DNA of 63,620 nucleotides, counting the filler, from Asterionella formosa (taxonomy: Eukaryota): the NCBI GenBank assembly GCA_002256025.1. It is 18 parts of 18 records of this genome, joined end to end, with 100 filler letters (N's around TTAATTAATTAA, not from the genome) between each part and the next. Parts side by side here need not be neighbours in the genome. Positions count along the whole stretch, not along the records: positions 60,969 to 62,244 come from NKIB01003269.1; positions 62,345 to 63,620 come from NKIB01003270.1; 16 more parts are not named here. One strand, given 5' to 3'. The position numbers and the translations under genes were made by a program. The first letter of the stretch is position 1. Each line of letters opens with the position of its first letter. Positions 61,377-63,620 of the stretch are shown piece after piece. The notes under the pieces are model-generated. The model was not told the DNA's origin and did not search any database. It saw only the letters and a program-made list of their open reading frames with translations.

Positions 61377-62344
61377 CATTTTGACAAAAATGATGATGCA
61401 AAATCAATGCATTAGCATTGCTTGATATCTATCTACATGTACCCAATGTATAAATATATTTTAATTTGGTTTCGATTAACTTATTTAGATGCTAAATATT
61501 TAATTACTAAAACAGAGTATATGTTCACGTCTATGTAACTCATAAAAAACGCATTTTTTCGAGTAAGCCGACCCTCACATAGAAATTTGCTATGTTTGCT
61601 ACATAATCTTTCATATGTGAACAGTAAAGACACTGGTGGTGCCGGCAAATCGATGCAACTGTTACTAGACAGAGGGAGTATCAATCAGTAACCATCAAAT
61701 GATGACTGCATAACACAAGTTGGTGTAGTATGTGCATGAGGACACTGTAGGCCAGCAGTATACTACATGATCACCAGGGTACCAGGTACCCATTACAGTA
61801 CTGCTATCGTGACAAGCTAACTGCTACAAGGGTACTAAATCATAGTACCTGGTAACAGGTACTGGTACACACAGTTTATACCACCTGGTACCTGGTACCG
61901 TTATGCATCTGGATGCCAAATTCCGTGCAAGGTAGGGTACCGTACCACATGGGAGAACCTCGTACAGGGTACCTGGTACCAGGTACATAGATGTGGAATA
62001 GTACACCGGTAATATCATTAGCACTATTTTTATATTTTCTCAACAACTCTAAATTCAGGAACGACCATACCATGATGACAATACCGCTTCCCGTCTGCTC
62101 AGCGAAGTCAAGCATCATCGGGCCCGGTTAGTACTACGGTGGGGGACCACGTTGGAATCCCGGGTGTTGTTCTTTTGCTCTTTTGTTCCTTTTGGTTTCC
62201 AGCATTTCTCCACTTTTTTCATGGCCTTGCCTGTTTTGTTCACCNNNNNNNNNNNNNNNNNNNNNNNNNNNNNNNNNNNNNNNNNNNNTTAATTAATTAA
62301 NNNNNNNNNNNNNNNNNNNNNNNNNNNNNNNNNNNNNNNNNNNN

Positions 62345-63620
62345 ACTGTCCCCAGTTGGTACCAGGGCACCGCTCTCCTCCGTCCCCACTGCCAAGTCAT
62401 CAATGAAGATGTTGAACAGTATAGGCGAAAGAGGGCAACCCTGCCGCACACCTCGCAACAGTCTGCAGGGGTCCGAGTACAGGGCAGTCAAGCCACCCCC
62501 CACTCGTACCCTGATTGTACTGCTGCGATAAAGGGCACGTAGAAAAGCAAGGCAACGTCCCCTGATCCCAAACCTGGATAGCTTCGCAAAGAGCGCCTCG
62601 TGGGGCACCGTATCATATGCCTTCTTGAGGTCTACGAATACCACGTAGGTCGGCTCTCCCACTATCCTCCGGCGTTGTATGATTTCCATGACACAGGCTA
62701 CCTGGGTTACACATTCCTCTCTCTGGCGAAAGCCAGCCTGGGCTCGGCTAAACAGCCCTCGAGATTCCGCTTCCACATTTATCCTGGTACCAAGGATCAC
62801 ACACACCACCTTGAGGACAGTGGCCATGAGCGAAATCCCCCGATAGTTGTTCATATCAGCCAAGTCCCCTTTCTTAGGTATTGAGACGACCAGTGACTCA
62901 GCCCACGACTGGGCCACCAGTCCCCTCTCATACGCAAAGTTGAGTAGGGTTCCTAGTGAGTCCGTCATTGGAGCGGATGGTGGCGGGGTGGGCTCCTCTT
63001 CCCGATAGTTTTGAAGGTGGGAAAGTAGGGCCCGTTCCTCCGCCAAACATGCCTGTAGCAGTTCAGTGGGTATCCCGTCACCGCCCGGAGCACGATGGCT
63101 CTTCATCTTCCTCAGGGCAGTCCAAATATCGGAGGTTGTGAAGGGTTCGTCCAGCGAACGGATCCCCTCATTTGCCTGTGGGTGCGGGTCAAATTTCTCC
63201 CAATATTGGGCCTCCTGGCTATGACCGGTTTCATCTGCTGCTAGAGAGGCATAGTGCGCTCCCCAGGCCTGATGAATATCAGTCAAAGCTGTCAGCAGGC
63301 GTCCGTCCGGGCCAAGGACCGGTTGGACACCTGCGATGCTGCTCTTCTGGCGCCATCCTGCCGTCGCTGAGGCCCACCGCCAATAGTGGCGAGGTTTCTC
63401 GCGCATATTGACGTGAGCCTCCTTAATTGCCTTATACCATGCCCGCCTACCGGAGAGGCGGATCACCTTCCGCGCCCTCTCTTTGGCAGCCTTGTACATG
63501 TCCCCAAGCCGTGCTACATCTTCACGGTCTCCTCGCGACTCCGCCCTCCGGGTTTCCCGGAAGATCCTCCTTCGGGTCTCAATCGCCCGACGTACCTGTC
63601 CTGTCACTCTTGGTGGGTTT
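62345..63620 (-). mobile_element. Non-LTR retrotransposon (LINE) ORF2, RT region, open across the whole contig
   Basis: APGGDGIP, IPKKGD..NYRGISL, QAGFR, FVDLKKAYDTV, GVRQGCPLSPILFNIFIDDL; no stops; visibly more GC-rich than host DNA. Confidence 0.96.

Noticed and set aside
1280..62344. Regularly spaced TTAATTAATTAA within N runs as a biological repeat
   Set aside because: Synthetic contig linker; ORFs ending in X...LIN are artefacts and no gene neighbourhood can be inferred across it.
54558..63620. RT plus a second copy of sequence as a DGR or retron
   Set aside because: The RT has non-LTR LINE motifs, the copy is of the RT gene itself, the few differences include a C-to-T change and a 4-nt insertion rather than DGR-style adenine mutagenesis of a target gene, and the two lie on separate contigs.

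Overview
Eukaryotic DNA, most likely a diatom (short GT-AG introns, diatom-type copia and gypsy relics, an ASAFAP-like plastid-targeting motif). The window is not one locus. It is 18 contigs joined by an artificial 100-nt linker (44 N + TTAATTAATTAA + 44 N): two ~20.7 kb contigs (1380-22121, 33246-53983) and sixteen ~1.28 kb contigs, so adjacency across linkers means nothing. Contig 1380-22121 holds a decayed large DNA transposon (CACTG end, Ulp1-like and Plavaka-C-like genes) abutting a broken copia gag, then a tandem duplication of a DnaJ-X gene plus an ARM-repeat gene. Contig 33246-53983 is gene-rich: two GT23-like glycosyltransferases, a YEATS-amidoligase fusion, ATG18/WIPI, a FIST + degenerate IGPS fusion, PP2A catalytic subunit, an ankyrin protein and two gypsy relics. 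The short contigs are mostly repeats and TEs (PIF/Harbinger, an open LINE RT, ~190-bp satellites, an unclassified element ending in CATCTAAGACGC). Best leads: (1) a YEATS reader fused to an intact COOH-NH2 ligase; (2) a probably plastid-targeted FIST sensor fused to an IGPS lacking key catalytic residues; (3) two independent 210-bp templated captures, a LINE RT piece in a satellite and an antisense sulfotransferase-like piece in the DnaJ duplicate. Family calls come from motifs recognised by eye; no database searches were run.
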